From positions 237,684 to 301,683 of IMG/VR virus record IMGVR_UViG_3300005826_000294: 64,000 nt of DNA, one strand, 5' to 3'. The notes under the pieces are model-generated. The model was given only the letters and a program-made list of their open reading frames with translations. It was not told the DNA's origin and searched no databases. Each line of letters begins with the position of its first letter. The stretch's first letter is position 1. The position numbers and the translations under genes were made by a program. Shown here piece after piece: positions 10,199 through 21,443 of the stretch.

Positions 10199-10529
10199 TC
10201 TTTTCCTTTTCCTGTCTTTCTAGATGTAATGCCAATCCATGAAGAAATGCTGGTGCTACTGGAACATGAGAACCACACTTTTCACAATAAGCCTTATTAT
10301 CTTTTATAAATAATGATCTATGAGTATTACATGTATTACAATGGGCCTGAAAAGGTTTTTTCTCAACATTTCTAAGGACTTGTCCTATACTATTAAGTGC
10401 TTTTTTTGTAAATTGTGTAATATTTAGGATAGGATTCCCACAATTATCACAAATAACTTCTCCTGATATTCTATTTAATTTTGCTTCAGTTTGCTGTAAA
10501 CAACCTTTTGTGGTACAAGAAATAAGCAT
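10191..10529 (-). CDS. Small protein with four Cys pairs (Zn fingers)
   Basis: CTTKGC, CDNC, CNTC, CEKC; overlaps the primase start. Confidence 0.75.
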   Translation of the reverse strand: MLISCTTKGCLQQTEAKLNRISGEVICDNCGNPILNITQFTKKALNSIGQVLRNVEKKPFQAHCNTCNTHRSLFIKDNKAYCEKCGSHVPVAPAFLHGLALHLERQEKEKSE

Positions 10530-10541
10530 TTTAAAAACCTC

Positions 10542-11642
10542 CTAGTTTTCATCAATATCTGCTTCATCAATAATAACTTCTTCTACTCCTCGACTTTTAG
10601 CTTCTTTTATTTTTTCTAACAATTCTTTTTGTGGAATTTTATTATTTAATACTGCTTCATAATAATTTTCTTTTCCAGAAATTTTTTCTTCATTATAAAT
10701 ATATGATCTATTATTTGGTCTCTCAACAACTCCATATTTAGTTGCTAAATTCGCTATTTCAACATGTTGATTCGCTATTCCTTCTACATATTTAATATCA
10801 AATTCACATATTCTTTTAGGAGGACCAATTCTATTTTTATCTATTCTTGCTCTTAAAGAATGACCTATTTGCTCTCCATTATCATTAAATATCTTACTAT
10901 CTTTACTTTCAGACATAAGGAAATGAACCATAATCGAACAAAAATGCTTCCAAGCTGATCCACCAGGTGTAGAAGTAGGGTCTCCATACATTTTACCAGG
11001 ATCAGTTCTAACTTGATTAATAGCAATAAACATTACACATGTTTGGCTAAGTAATGGTGTTAATTTTCTAAGTTCTGGTGGTAAAAATCTTGCTATTAAA
11101 GCCATATTACTTTTACCCGATTCGCTAGATATTTCTAATGGAGGTGCTATTGCTGCAACACTATCAAGAACAATAACTCCTAATCCTGAGGTATCAGAAC
11201 CTCCTGCTTCTTTAACAAGATCTAATAAACCCTTCTTTGATTTTGCTTTTTTTGGATCTTTATTAGGAACACCACATAGTTTTTCAAATATTTCTGCTCC
11301 ATTATTAGATCTCAATATCTTAATTCTACTTAAATCTAAACCAAGTGTTTTTGCCCAATCAAGATTAAAACCACATTCAGCATCAATAAAATATGCCCAA
11401 TTATGAGAAGCTAAATTTTGCCAATGTTTAATTGCCATTAGACTCATAAATGTTTTTCCGCTACTTTCTCTTCCAGCATATTGAATAATTCTTCCTCTTG
11501 GATTCCCCCAAGGACCAATAGCATCATCTAAAGCATAACTTCCAGTTGATAATGTCTCAACTTCTTTTACACCATCAAGACCATCATCTCCATATAATTT
11601 CTCCATTTGGTCCCATATTTGTACCATACTTGGTTTAGTCAT
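10542..11642 (-). CDS. recA: RecA/UvsX-like recombinase
   Basis: Walker [43 protein letters not shown]. Confidence 0.93.
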   Translation of the reverse strand: MTKPSMVQIWDQMEKLYGDDGLDGVKEVETLSTGSYALDDAIGPWGNPRGRIIQYAGRESSGKTFMSLMAIKHWQNLASHNWAYFIDAECGFNLDWAKTLGLDLSRIKILRSNNGAEIFEKLCGVPNKDPKKAKSKKGLLDLVKEAGGSDTSGLGVIVLDSVAAIAPPLEISSESGKSNMALIARFLPPELRKLTPLLSQTCVMFIAINQVRTDPGKMYGDPTSTPGGSAWKHFCSIMVHFLMSESKDSKIFNDNGEQIGHSLRARIDKNRIGPPKRICEFDIKYVEGIANQHVEIANLATKYGVVERPNNRSYIYNEEKISGKENYYEAVLNNKIPQKELLEKIKEAKSRGVEEVIIDEADIDEN

Positions 11643-12597
11643 TCTTTTCCTCCAGATTCTGTATCTTTTGTAATAAACCCTTTTGCTCTTCTGTAAGACT
11701 TGTTGGTAGTTTTACTTTTACCTGTAATAAATGATCTCCATATCTTTCACTTAATCTCATTCCAGCTTCTTTAATTCTTAATATAGTTTCTGGCTGACAA
11801 CTTGCTGGAATTTTTACTTTTTTAACTCCTCCTAATGTATTAACAGAAATACTTCCACCCAATAATGCTGTAAATAAATCTATTTCTTTTTGACTAATAA
11901 TATTTAAAGAATTTTGGATTGTTTTATATTCTTTATGAGGAGCATATAATATTTGAATTTGTAAATTATTAGATGGCTTCAGTTTCGCACCATTCAGTAT
12001 TCCTGGTGGAATGTTAATGGTAATCTCTTCATTTGACTCTTTTTTTCCTTTACCATTACATTCTTTACATCTATTACCTATTTGTTTTCCTAAACCCTTA
12101 CAACTATTACAGGAAGAAATCATAGATATAGCTCCCTGAGAAACTCGTCGTTGCCCAGTTCCACCACAAGTAGAACAATTTTTATCACTAAGATTGTATC
12201 CTAATCCTTTACAAGAATTACAATTTTCGGTCTCTCCAACATTAATTTTTTTCGTACATCCATTATATGCTTCTTCAAGAGTAATAGACATTCTTCCTTT
12301 TTTTACTCTGTTTGCATTTCTAAATGGATTTTGTCCGAAAGCTTGATTAAAAATATCATCAAAACTAAATCCAAAACCTGGAAACCCATTAAAATCAAAT
12401 GAATTTTGATGTTGTTGCCAATTATTATTTTTTAAAGCCTCGTAGGCTCCACTAATTTCTTTAAACTTTTCTTCAGCATTTTTATCTTCTGGATGTCTAT
12501 CAGGATGATGTTCTAATGCTAATTTTTTATAAGCCTTTTTTATCTCTTCTTCCGATGCTCCAGGATTTAATCCTAAAATTTTAAATGGATCATTCAT
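11635..12597 (-). CDS. dnaJ: DnaJ co-chaperone (J domain, Zn finger, CTD)
   Basis: HPD motif (HHPDRH), four CxxCxGxG repeats, C-terminal LGGSISV...IPASCQP. Confidence 0.95.
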   Translation of the reverse strand: MNDPFKILGLNPGASEEEIKKAYKKLALEHHPDRHPEDKNAEEKFKEISGAYEALKNNNWQQHQNSFDFNGFPGFGFSFDDIFNQAFGQNPFRNANRVKKGRMSITLEEAYNGCTKKINVGETENCNSCKGLGYNLSDKNCSTCGGTGQRRVSQGAISMISSCNSCKGLGKQIGNRCKECNGKGKKESNEEITINIPPGILNGAKLKPSNNLQIQILYAPHKEYKTIQNSLNIISQKEIDLFTALLGGSISVNTLGGVKKVKIPASCQPETILRIKEAGMRLSERYGDHLLQVKVKLPTSLTEEQKGLLQKIQNLEEKND

Positions 12598-13219
12598 TTT
12601 TCTTACCTAATTGTATACTATATGCCCAAGAAGCAATAATTCCATCTGCTTCATCATATGTTTCGTTTGATATATTATTGTTTTTATTAATTATATTTGA
12701 AAATTTTGGTTCAAAATATGTTCTTATAATATTAGGAATATCTTCTTTCTTAAATTTTGGGTCGATATTAGAATTTACTTCTCTAATAAGTTTTCTTATC
12801 GTCCCAACAGAAAATAATTCTGGTTCAATTCCTGTATTCATATAAACACTTAATCCAACCGTCCTATTAAAAATAGCTAATGTAGTAATGGTTTTTGCAC
12901 TTGATTTTCCTTTCATATGTAAAAGAATATCCTCTATCACAACATGAGTAGGGTTTACCTCCTCACACAAAAATCTAATTTTTTCATGAACATCCTTTAA
13001 TCGTTCAAACATATTATGTTTAGAATTTAATGGTTTTATATGACCATAGGCAGCTAATATAGGATTATTATTTAATGTACAAAGTCCCCAACCAATTGTG
13101 CTAGAACTACAATCTAAACCTAATATTCTAAATTTTGAAGTTTTATATCTTCTTTTTGGAAATGATATAAAACGTGTTTTTGGCTTAGTTCGTCTCATTT
13201 TCTGTATGTGTTTCTTCAA
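12590..13219 (-). CDS. ruvC: RuvC-like Holliday junction resolvase
   Basis: [26 protein letters not shown]. Confidence 0.75.
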   Translation of the reverse strand: MKKHIQKMRRTKPKTRFISFPKRRYKTSKFRILGLDCSSSTIGWGLCTLNNNPILAAYGHIKPLNSKHNMFERLKDVHEKIRFLCEEVNPTHVVIEDILLHMKGKSSAKTITTLAIFNRTVGLSVYMNTGIEPELFSVGTIRKLIREVNSNIDPKFKKEDIPNIIRTYFEPKFSNIINKNNNISNETYDEADGIIASWAYSIQLGKKNE

Positions 13220-13796
13220 ATAAATGAAGCATGTATCCTAATTTATGACCAACTAGACCAATATCTTTATTATTTGTCTCTTCAAATTCCATACAACATT
13301 GAATTAGTTCAGCATCATCATTCCTTTCTTCTGAAATCATTGCTTCATAAAAATTGTCCCATGACCCATTATAATGTTGATCTTTAAGGGCTGATAAATG
13401 TTCTGGATAAAATCCCGCAAGATCAACTTTTCCAAACATAGATATATCTAGTCTAGTAAAATCAAGTTGTTCAGAAAATTTATCAGCAAAAACTTTAATT
13501 TCTGTTAAGCAATCTTTTATCTTTTTAAGGTATTTATTTAAAGATTTTATAGTTGGAAGAACAGTTCCTATAAGAAAAGTCATACTTGGGTCATCTAATC
13601 CTCCAAAGTGAGGAGGAGAACAACCAAATCCATGTTCATGTGATATTTCCATTAAAGTAAAAATTAATTTTTGGCTAATATGATCACGATCAAATATCAC
13701 CTTTGCTTCAATTCTTTGAGGCTTTGAACAAATATATAAAATTTTAAATCCATCTAAATCAATTAATTCAATCTTATATTTTTCATCTATAAGCAT
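13185..13796 (-). CDS. Hypothetical protein
   Basis: 203-aa ORF in the operon. Confidence 0.7.
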   Translation of the reverse strand: MLIDEKYKIELIDLDGFKILYICSKPQRIEAKVIFDRDHISQKLIFTLMEISHEHGFGCSPPHFGGLDDPSMTFLIGTVLPTIKSLNKYLKKIKDCLTEIKVFADKFSEQLDFTRLDISMFGKVDLAGFYPEHLSALKDQHYNGSWDNFYEAMISEERNDDAELIQCCMEFEETNNKDIGLVGHKLGYMLHLFEETHTENETN

Positions 13797-13804
13797 TTAT
13801 TCAC

Positions 13805-13857
13805 CTAAAAAAATGCCAGTGGGTCCCACAGCCGCATTAATTTTGGGACCCACTGGC
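13805..13857 (-). terminator. Intrinsic terminator after the SSB gene
   Basis: Perfect 14-bp inverted repeat GCCAGTGGGTCCCA (13815-13828) / TGGGACCCACTGGC (13844-13857), 15-nt loop, followed on the minus strand by ATTTTTTT. Confidence 0.85.
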
Positions 13858-13864
13858 TAAAATA

Positions 13865-14566
13865 TTATTCGTCGTCTTCTAGTTCTTCATCTCCAAATTC
13901 AAACTCATCATCTCCAACTGTTGGCTTTACACCAGCTTCTGTATTCTTAGCTGTTTTTGTTCCCACTGCATACTTTTGACCAGCTGGTGTTGCTGTATCA
14001 CTACTATACATACCCATTTTCTCTGCAACCTCTTCAGGTGTCGAAGGTTGAGTAAACTTACTAATATCAATCTTATTTAAAAAACCCTCAACAAGACTTG
14101 TTTCTTCTTCAGTAATATCTTTCATCTTTGGACTAGGTTTTACCTGATATAGAGGTTGAGTTCCCTTTGGTCCTCTAGTAATATTAACATCATAAGCTAA
14201 TATATTTCCCCAAGGCTTCTTAAAAGTTTCATTCCAATCTGGATCATTAACATAAGCCCGAATTCCTCTAAAAATCTGACTTCCAATTTCAAGAATCTTA
14301 GGTCTTCCACTCTTATAATCTAAAACTCCAAGATACCAACGAGTTTGAGAATCAGCTCCTTGACGACAAAGTGGGCAGTTTTTAATAGCACAACGGATCT
14401 TACGATTTTGACCGCTTGCATCTCTTGCCCAATGAACTACAAATTGATAAGGATTCGTCACAATTCTTACCTTATTATCACCTTCTATGAGATTCATAAA
14501 ATCACTAGGACCAGATACATCTCCTTCATTCCAATCAGATAATTCTCCATACTTTACTTCAGACAT
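13865..14566 (-). CDS. T4 gp32-like single-stranded DNA-binding protein
   Basis: KVRIV, H..C...CPLC Zn motif, KILEIG..IF, strongly acidic tail (DDEFEFGDEELEDDE); strong SD AAGGAG. Confidence 0.75.
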   Translation of the reverse strand: MSEVKYGELSDWNEGDVSGPSDFMNLIEGDNKVRIVTNPYQFVVHWARDASGQNRKIRCAIKNCPLCRQGADSQTRWYLGVLDYKSGRPKILEIGSQIFRGIRAYVNDPDWNETFKKPWGNILAYDVNITRGPKGTQPLYQVKPSPKMKDITEEETSLVEGFLNKIDISKFTQPSTPEEVAEKMGMYSSDTATPAGQKYAVGTKTAKNTEAGVKPTVGDDEFEFGDEELEDDE

Positions 14567-14665
14567 ATTTTTCTCCTTTGTTTAAGTGCCCTGGTACTCC
14601 ATGTACATATTGGGCTGTTTAATATTTGGATGTTTTGTCATTATGACGGCACCCTTTAACGCGGC

Positions 14666-14968
14666 TTATCTCTTAATATACACCAAACTTTTGATGTAGT
14701 CAATATTTTCATAAGGAATCCAAACTTCTTCATATTGTTGACTATCTAAATATTGTTGAGTTACAGTCATATTAGGATCTAAATTTGGGACATCTTCTGA
14801 CCAAAATCCAACACCGTTAAAAGTTGTAGATAGAAAATGTTCTTTTTTCTTTACTACAATAAATATTCTATTCATTTCTTTTATAGTTTTCTTTTTTAAA
14901 AAAACAGCAAATGTTGGTTTATCAATTTGAACTTTTTTAACATGCATATCTATATCAAAATCTACCAT
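14666..14968 (-). CDS. Hypothetical protein
   Basis: 100-aa ORF. Confidence 0.65.
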   Translation of the reverse strand: MVDFDIDMHVKKVQIDKPTFAVFLKKKTIKEMNRIFIVVKKKEHFLSTTFNGVGFWSEDVPNLDPNMTVTQQYLDSQQYEEVWIPYENIDYIKSLVYIKR

Positions 14969-14978
14969 ATTTTATCTC

Positions 14979-15500
14979 CTAAGTCCAAGTTTTTTCTCCC
15001 CAAGATTTTTCATTTGCTTCACCAGAAGTCTCAGAAAATCCAGAAGCATTTTGGTGCCTGTATTCTCCACGAAGTCTTTGCTTCATTAAATGATGAGCTT
15101 CAACAAACCATTTTTGCTTTAAATCAAAAAATCTACGAGCACCATGCATCTCATTAAAAGCATCAACAGCACTTATATAATCTTCATGGCTTTCGGAGTA
15201 TGCTTCTCGTTCTTTAACTGTTTTATGTCCTTCTTCAGCTGCCTGTAAATATAATCTTCCTTTTACAGAACTCATTAAAGATTTTGCTTTACCTTCCGCT
15301 AAAATTAATGTTGATAATATTTCACTACATCTATCAGCCGCCTTAAGAAATTTTGCAGCAAGATTTTCCGCAATTGATATATCTATATTCGCATCTTTCG
15401 GCATAGCATCTGATAATTCTTTAAACTCTGATATTTCAATATCTAATGGATTAAAATTTTCAAGGTTTAAATGATTTCTAACTGTTATTCTTTCTATCAT
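14979..15500 (-). CDS. Helical protein, possibly UvsY-like recombination mediator
   Basis: KTVKEREAY...EDY helix pattern, close to the SSB and recA genes; resemblance only. Confidence 0.45.
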   Translation of the reverse strand: MIERITVRNHLNLENFNPLDIEISEFKELSDAMPKDANIDISIAENLAAKFLKAADRCSEILSTLILAEGKAKSLMSSVKGRLYLQAAEEGHKTVKEREAYSESHEDYISAVDAFNEMHGARRFFDLKQKWFVEAHHLMKQRLRGEYRHQNASGFSETSGEANEKSWGEKTWT

Positions 15501-15771
15501 TAATAAACTCCATAACCCATCGTTCCATACGTCTCATTCTTTGATTAATCATTAAATTTTGTAAAAAACAAAGAACAACCCACGCTATTTGTTTTTTTAT
15601 AGGTGGTTTTACTAAAACAATGCAAGCATCATCATCAACTTCAAATGTATCACGAAACTGCTCTTTTCCTGAATAAGATCCATCAGAAAATTCATTTACA
15701 ATTTGTTGATAATATTTATATTCTTCATCAATCATATCAACTTCTTTATAATCTATAATTCTAATAGACAT
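15478..15771 (-). CDS. Hypothetical protein
   Basis: 97-aa ORF. Confidence 0.65.
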   Translation of the reverse strand: MSIRIIDYKEVDMIDEEYKYYQQIVNEFSDGSYSGKEQFRDTFEVDDDACIVLVKPPIKKQIAWVVLCFLQNLMINQRMRRMERWVMEFINDRKNNS

Positions 15772-16367
15772 TAACTACTCCTACGAAAAGCCCCAGCACC
15801 ACCACCATTCATGGCTCTCTGTTGTTTTGCTAACCTAGCAACACGATCTTGCTCTAAAATAGGAACACTTGATCCCTCTGAAAAAATAGAATCAGATGCT
15901 ACAATATCTACTTGAGATTCATCAATATCATTCGTCATTATATCGCTCTGAATTTGATCAACAGTTTGGTATTTCTTTCTCACCGCTTCTTCAAAAATCT
16001 TATCACGTTCTCTATCTGATATTCCTTCTGGAATTTCTGGAACTTGAACAACATCCGATTCACGTTTAATAGCTTGTTTTATACTACTTGGAGGAGCTAT
16101 TTTATAAGGAACAGATTTCGGATTTTGTTTTATAGGAAGTTCAGAATTTATAAGAGAAATATCATATTTTGCTACTAAAGTCATAGCAAGATGATGAGCT
16201 GTTTCATCACGAACAGATGCCTCTTCTTTTATTAAATTTTCTATATTTTCAATTAATGCTAATGACTCTTCATCCATTATTTGACTACCACATGCTGGGC
16301 ATTCATTTTTAGATATTGCATGCTTAAACGATGCTAATATTGGAGTTCCACAAGATCTACACTGCAT
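15771..16367 (-). CDS. Hypothetical protein with N-terminal Zn ribbon
   Basis: CRSC...CPAC; SD GAGGTG. Confidence 0.7.
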   Translation of the reverse strand: MQCRSCGTPILASFKHAISKNECPACGSQIMDEESLALIENIENLIKEEASVRDETAHHLAMTLVAKYDISLINSELPIKQNPKSVPYKIAPPSSIKQAIKRESDVVQVPEIPEGISDRERDKIFEEAVRKKYQTVDQIQSDIMTNDIDESQVDIVASDSIFSEGSSVPILEQDRVARLAKQQRAMNGGGAGAFRRSS

Positions 16368-16425
16368 ATAATTTCACCTCTCTATACTAATTTAAACCTT
16401 ATTAATAGATAGTCAATAAAAAATA

Positions 16426-19400
16426 TCAATTCTCATAAATATTTATTACTTCTTTTAATATCAATGTTTTAGTTCCATTGTAATCACTAACTTCACATGA
16501 AATTCTAGCAGGTTTTCCAATCTTCATATGATTTTTATATTTAGCATAATCCTCTGGCCAAAGAGTTAGTTCCACATCAGAACCCATAACATCTTCAATT
16601 AAATATTTACCCATTAATTTTCCAGCAGATCTTCCATTTTTAATTTTAAATTCACGAAGAAATGCTTTTATTATTACTTCAATTAATATTACATGGCGAT
16701 TGGGAAGATTTTTTAATCTAGAAATATAAGTTATATTATTTTTTGTAAAAAAATTTGGAAAAAGGTCATTTATATTACCCGAAACTAATTCTCCAAGAAC
16801 TTCCTGTTCATATCTTAATTTTTCCTGTTTTGACCATTCATTACCAGATAATTTAAAAGGAAACTCATCAATAACCATATCAACATCATATCCATCTTTT
16901 ATCTTTTTTCTAAGAAAAGTATTCATTTTATCACGAACCTTTTTTCCTTCATCATGAATATCTTTTCTATTTACATCTAATGAATCAAAACATCCAGCTT
17001 TTGATAATGCTTCAATTTTACTTTTATTTATAATTCTACCATCTACTCTATATAGAAAATCAACAAAAGAAGAAAAAGGTTGCTTTTTTATTATTTCATC
17101 TAAAGCCTTATCTCCCATCCCTTTTATGGCCGCCAATCCCATTACAATAGTTTTTTCATCTAAAACTTCATATCCAGATTTACTTTTATTTATATCTGGG
17201 GGAATAATTGTAACTCCTAATCTTCTACATTCTGCCTTTGCTCCATTTATTTCGTCATCTCTGCTAATTCCTCCTTTTGCTGTTTTAACTTTTAAATAAG
17301 CCGCTAAAAAAGCGGCCGGATAATGACATTTTAAATATGCGGTAATATATCCATTTATTGAATAGAATACAGCATGAGACTTATTAAATCCGTAACCTCC
17401 GAACCCAGAAACATATTTATCCCATACTTCTTTCGCCAATTCATATTCTACCTTATGAGTTTGCATCATTCCTTCTATAAATTCTGCTTCTAATTTTAAA
17501 GCAAAATCTGGATCTTTACCTTTAATTTTAGTAAATTTTCTCAGTTTATCAGCCTTATTTAGATCCCATCCCGCTACTTCACCAGCAATGCTCATTAATT
17601 GCTCTTCTGTTATTGCTAAACCATATGTTTCTCCAAGAGGACCTGATAAAGATTCATGAGGATAAGTAATATCTTTTTTCCCTATTCTTCGATCAATATA
17701 TTCATCTCTAGTTCCTTTTATACCGTCTTTAGCGGCAGCAGCCGGTCTTCCAAGAGCATTGATTATAGCAATATCTAAAATATTATTAGGTTTAATTTTT
17801 TTACATAAAATAGCCATAATCCCAGACTTACCTAATTGAAAAACACATTTGGTTTGACCTTTTTGAATCATATTATAAGTATCAATATCATTAATAGGAA
17901 TATCTTCCATTTGACTTGGAGCATTTTCTATACCAAGATTTCGTATATTCTTAAATGATTCATCTATAATATCTAATGTTGAAATAGCGAGAAAATCCAT
18001 TTTCACTAATCCTTCCTCTTCACATCTGTTTTTCTCATATTGAACTGCTATTTCATTATTTTTATCAATTCTTAATGGAGCAAAATCAAAAATAGGAATA
18101 TCAGAAACAACCATCCCAGCGGCATGTGTAGAATATTCTTTAGGCATTCCAACAATTTTATCAGCATATTCCATAAGTTCTGGGCATCTATCAGCAAAAT
18201 TTTTAAGAATTGGAGATAGTTCCATAGCTCTCTCCAAAGTTTTTACTTTCTTACCATCTTTATCTTGTTCAGGAATGGCCGCTTTAATTGCTTCAGCTAC
18301 TTTTACATAGTTGGTTCCTTCAGGAATTAATCCAGGCATTACATTTCTCATAGATTTTACGAGATCTGGAATTACATTTTTAGGCGTATATGTATTAATA
18401 TTAGAAACTTGGGCACAATGATCTCTTCCATATTTTTCCCTTACATATTCCTGTACTTTATCCCTACCGCTTGATGTAAAATCTGTATCAATATCTGGAA
18501 GATCTTTCTTATGAGCATTTTGAAATCTTTCAAATAATAATCCATAGTCTAATGGATCTACTCCATGAATTCCTAATAAATACGCAATCATAGAACCACC
18601 AACACTATTATGAGATGCATAATTTTGAGTAATATAAGAAAAATCATCTTCAACACTTATATCAAATACCTTATTTGGTTTTACATTAGAAACTTGTAGG
18701 ACTTTTGAGAAAAATCCATCTTTTCTAATATTCCTTTTTCTTACATTTGAAATTAAATTGAGAGAAAACTCTATACTATATGCATCTTTTCTATTATAGA
18801 TTTTATCATCAACTTTCCATTCTCCCCCTTTTCTAAAAATAACAGAAGAAGGTGTATTTAAGTAAATCAAAGCCTCTCTAATTTCAAACATTAATCTATT
18901 ACTACTAGTTATAATAGTACTTGTTTTTCCACGTCTATACCCATCAGAATCAATTAATCCTTCTATTAATGATCTTAATAGTGTATTTGGAAGACATCTA
19001 AAAAATCCTAAATATTTAGTATCACTCGTTTTCTTATATTCTGGAAATAAAGAATTAAATAAATTTACTAATATTTTATCATAAATACATATCTCCACAC
19101 AATTTCCTTTAATATACTTTTTACAAACAAATCCAAGATTATCAAAGAAATTATGTATCCTATCAATCCCGCTATCTTTTATATTACAGGAAAAAGAAAT
19201 ATAATATGAATAATTTTTATCACTTTTATAAGTCCCGTCTCCTATCCACCTTCCAAGAATATAATAAAAATCTTTATTTGCTGGAATAAATCTTTTATAT
19301 TTTACAATATCTTTTTCTTTAGTCCAATTTTCATAAGATATTCCTAATGTTTGTAAATACGAATATATTTTTTCATTACGAATAGAGCTTCTCTTATATT

Positions 19401-21132
19401 TTGCTATAGTTTTGAGAGATAATTTAGTATTTTTAGATATATTAATATTAGAAACAGACCTATTTTTATAATACTCTTTACTTATATATCTACTTCTAAT
19501 TGTATACTTATCATTAGCAAATTGACTTAAATCAATAGATTTTGGTTTAATAATTGTTCTTTTAATGGCTGGAGTAAAAAGAAAATCTCCTGCCTCAATT
19601 TCTCCAGCACCAATCCATTTTAAATTATCTCCTCTAATATGATGTGTATAATTTTTATGGGATCCATATAATCTATGAAGTTTTCCCTCCTTTGTTTCCA
19701 TCTTTTTAGAAACCAATAATCTATGATTTTTTGTAAAAACTAATTGCCCACAAGAATATTGGGTAGAAATAGAAACACAATCTTCATCTATATCATATTT
19801 AAATACATCTAATACTTCTTTAATATTTCCAGTATGAGTATATACTTTTTCTCCTATATTAACTTCATTTATATTCTTAAATCCATTTTGAGTTAAAACT
19901 TTTGTTTCTTTTGTTGTACAACCTCTTCCTATTCCAACTAAAATATTATTATTTTTAGCCCAATTAATCATATCTTCTGTAATAAGCATATAAGATGAGA
20001 AATTATTTCCTTCCAAAATCTTTAACTCTTTCTTAATTCTATTCCATCTTTTAGTTCTTTCTTCTTTATTAAAATGACCAAATTTTTTCTTGAACCCCTT
20101 AATAATATGAAATCGCATATATGCTTTATCTTGAGATAAATCTTCTGGTATATTAGATTTTCTCCTCCATTTCATAAATTCTTCAAAATCCTTTTCTTTG
20201 CTGGGATCAAAGATTGGAAGATGATTTTCTTTGGATTCTAAATAATCAGGATTATCACATCTATCAACTATTTTAATAGTATTTAAAACAGCCTCTTCAG
20301 CAACTTCTATACCATGATGTTTTAAAAGAAAATCATAAACCTCATCTCCATCTTTTACATAAAACTCATCAATTCCATATCTATGACGATCTGGATCATC
20401 AACAGGTTTTTTAGAATTTATAGCCATTAACACATCATGAACTTTAGCATCTTCTTTTGTTAAGTAATGAGCATCTGTCGCCACAACTAATGGTAATTCC
20501 AACTCCTTAGACATTTTAATTAAATTATTATTTAATTTTATTTGACTAAAATAATCATCTTTAAGATCATGAGGTTGAATTTCTAAATAAAACCTATCTT
20601 TAAAAATATTTGCTAATTTTGTAGCATACTTTACTGCTTCATCATATTTATCTTCAAATATAAACTTAGCCAGAATTCCATTACCACACGCAGAAGTAGC
20701 GATAATACCTTCATTATATTCTTCCAATACTTCCCAACTTATTCTTGGAAAAACTCTACCCATACTCACAACAAAATGCTGAAATCCAATATAATTAATT
20801 TTTAATAAATTTTTATATCCTTTTTCATTTTGAGATAATAAAACAATATGCTTTCTTTTTTCGGTTCTTTTTCTACCCTTCTTTCCTGCTTCTGGTTCTA
20901 TAATATCATATGAATGAACGAAATATTGTTCGCACCCAGGAATAAACTTAATTCCTGTTCTCTTATATGCCTTATACGCATCAAAATGAGCCGCTAAAGT
21001 CCCATGATCTGTAACTGCTAATGCTTTTTGTCCCTTTAGTTTTACTAAATCAAATAAATCATCTACACTTTGTAAGGCATCAAGCATACTCCCAAAATTA
21101 TTATGAGTATGTAAATGTGCGAAGTCTTTCAT
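16426..21132 (-). CDS. dnaE: DNA polymerase III alpha subunit containing an intein
   Basis: PHP motifs HLHTH, TDHG, ATDAHY; GRG|S; catalytic PDIDTDF; KMDFL; GFNKSHA; C-terminal OB fold. Confidence 0.97.
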   Translation of the reverse strand: MKDFAHLHTHNNFGSMLDALQSVDDLFDLVKLKGQKALAVTDHGTLAAHFDAYKAYKRTGIKFIPGCEQYFVHSYDIIEPEAGKKGRKRTEKRKHIVLLSQNEKGYKNLLKINYIGFQHFVVSMGRVFPRISWEVLEEYNEGIIATSACGNGILAKFIFEDKYDEAVKYATKLANIFKDRFYLEIQPHDLKDDYFSQIKLNNNLIKMSKELELPLVVATDAHYLTKEDAKVHDVLMAINSKKPVDDPDRHRYGIDEFYVKDGDEVYDFLLKHHGIEVAEEAVLNTIKIVDRCDNPDYLESKENHLPIFDPSKEKDFEEFMKWRRKSNIPEDLSQDKAYMRFHIIKGFKKKFGHFNKEERTKRWNRIKKELKILEGNNFSSYMLITEDMINWAKNNNILVGIGRGCTTKETKVLTQNGFKNINEVNIGEKVYTHTGNIKEVLDVFKYDIDEDCVSISTQYSCGQLVFTKNHRLLVSKKMETKEGKLHRLYGSHKNYTHHIRGDNLKWIGAGEIEAGDFLFTPAIKRTIIKPKSIDLSQFANDKYTIRSRYISKEYYKNRSVSNINISKNTKLSLKTIAKYKRSSIRNEKIYSYLQTLGISYENWTKEKDIVKYKRFIPANKDFYYILGRWIGDGTYKSDKNYSYYISFSCNIKDSGIDRIHNFFDNLGFVCKKYIKGNCVEICIYDKILVNLFNSLFPEYKKTSDTKYLGFFRCLPNTLLRSLIEGLIDSDGYRRGKTSTIITSSNRLMFEIREALIYLNTPSSVIFRKGGEWKVDDKIYNRKDAYSIEFSLNLISNVRKRNIRKDGFFSKVLQVSNVKPNKVFDISVEDDFSYITQNYASHNSVGGSMIAYLLGIHGVDPLDYGLLFERFQNAHKKDLPDIDTDFTSSGRDKVQEYVREKYGRDHCAQVSNINTYTPKNVIPDLVKSMRNVMPGLIPEGTNYVKVAEAIKAAIPEQDKDGKKVKTLERAMELSPILKNFADRCPELMEYADKIVGMPKEYSTHAAGMVVSDIPIFDFAPLRIDKNNEIAVQYEKNRCEEEGLVKMDFLAISTLDIIDESFKNIRNLGIENAPSQMEDIPINDIDTYNMIQKGQTKCVFQLGKSGIMAILCKKIKPNNILDIAIINALGRPAAAAKDGIKGTRDEYIDRRIGKKDITYPHESLSGPLGETYGLAITEEQLMSIAGEVAGWDLNKADKLRKFTKIKGKDPDFALKLEAEFIEGMMQTHKVEYELAKEVWDKYVSGFGGYGFNKSHAVFYSINGYITAYLKCHYPAAFLAAYLKVKTAKGGISRDDEINGAKAECRRLGVTIIPPDINKSKSGYEVLDEKTIVMGLAAIKGMGDKALDEIIKKQPFSSFVDFLYRVDGRIINKSKIEALSKAGCFDSLDVNRKDIHDEGKKVRDKMNTFLRKKIKDGYDVDMVIDEFPFKLSGNEWSKQEKLRYEQEVLGELVSGNINDLFPNFFTKNNITYISRLKNLPNRHVILIEVIIKAFLREFKIKNGRSAGKLMGKYLIEDVMGSDVELTLWPEDYAKYKNHMKIGKPARISCEVSDYNGTKTLILKEVINIYEN
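18607..19920 (-). mobile_element. Intein (438 aa) with LAGLIDADG homing endonuclease
   Basis: Extein GIGRG then C1 (CTTKETKVLT); ends YASHN followed by +1 Ser (SVGGS); motifs LGRWIGDGT and IEGLIDSDG; 1314 nt in frame. Confidence 0.95.
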
Positions 21133-21443
21133 TATTTTCCCCTTAAACTTTCTAAATATTGAATTAAAGCGTCTTCAAATATGTTAAGAATTTCTTTTGA
21201 TTCTTTTTTAATAGTAAATCTAATTTCTTTTAATCTTCTAACTCCTGTTATTGAGAAATTTTCATTTTCAATTCTTAATATTGATGTTTGTTTGAAATTA
21301 AATGCAGGCTCACCCATAGAACTAAGAAACTGAATTATTGTTTCATCTAACCTATTTGGAATAGTATAAATAAAAGCTTTTTGCCCACATTTACAATTTT
21401 GGGTTTGCCTGCATTTAACATCATATTGCTGAAGTTTATTCAT
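21132..21443 (-). CDS. Hypothetical protein
   Basis: 103-aa ORF coupled to dnaE. Confidence 0.65.
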   Translation of the reverse strand: MNKLQQYDVKCRQTQNCKCGQKAFIYTIPNRLDETIIQFLSSMGEPAFNFKQTSILRIENENFSITGVRRLKEIRFTIKKESKEILNIFEDALIQYLESLRGK

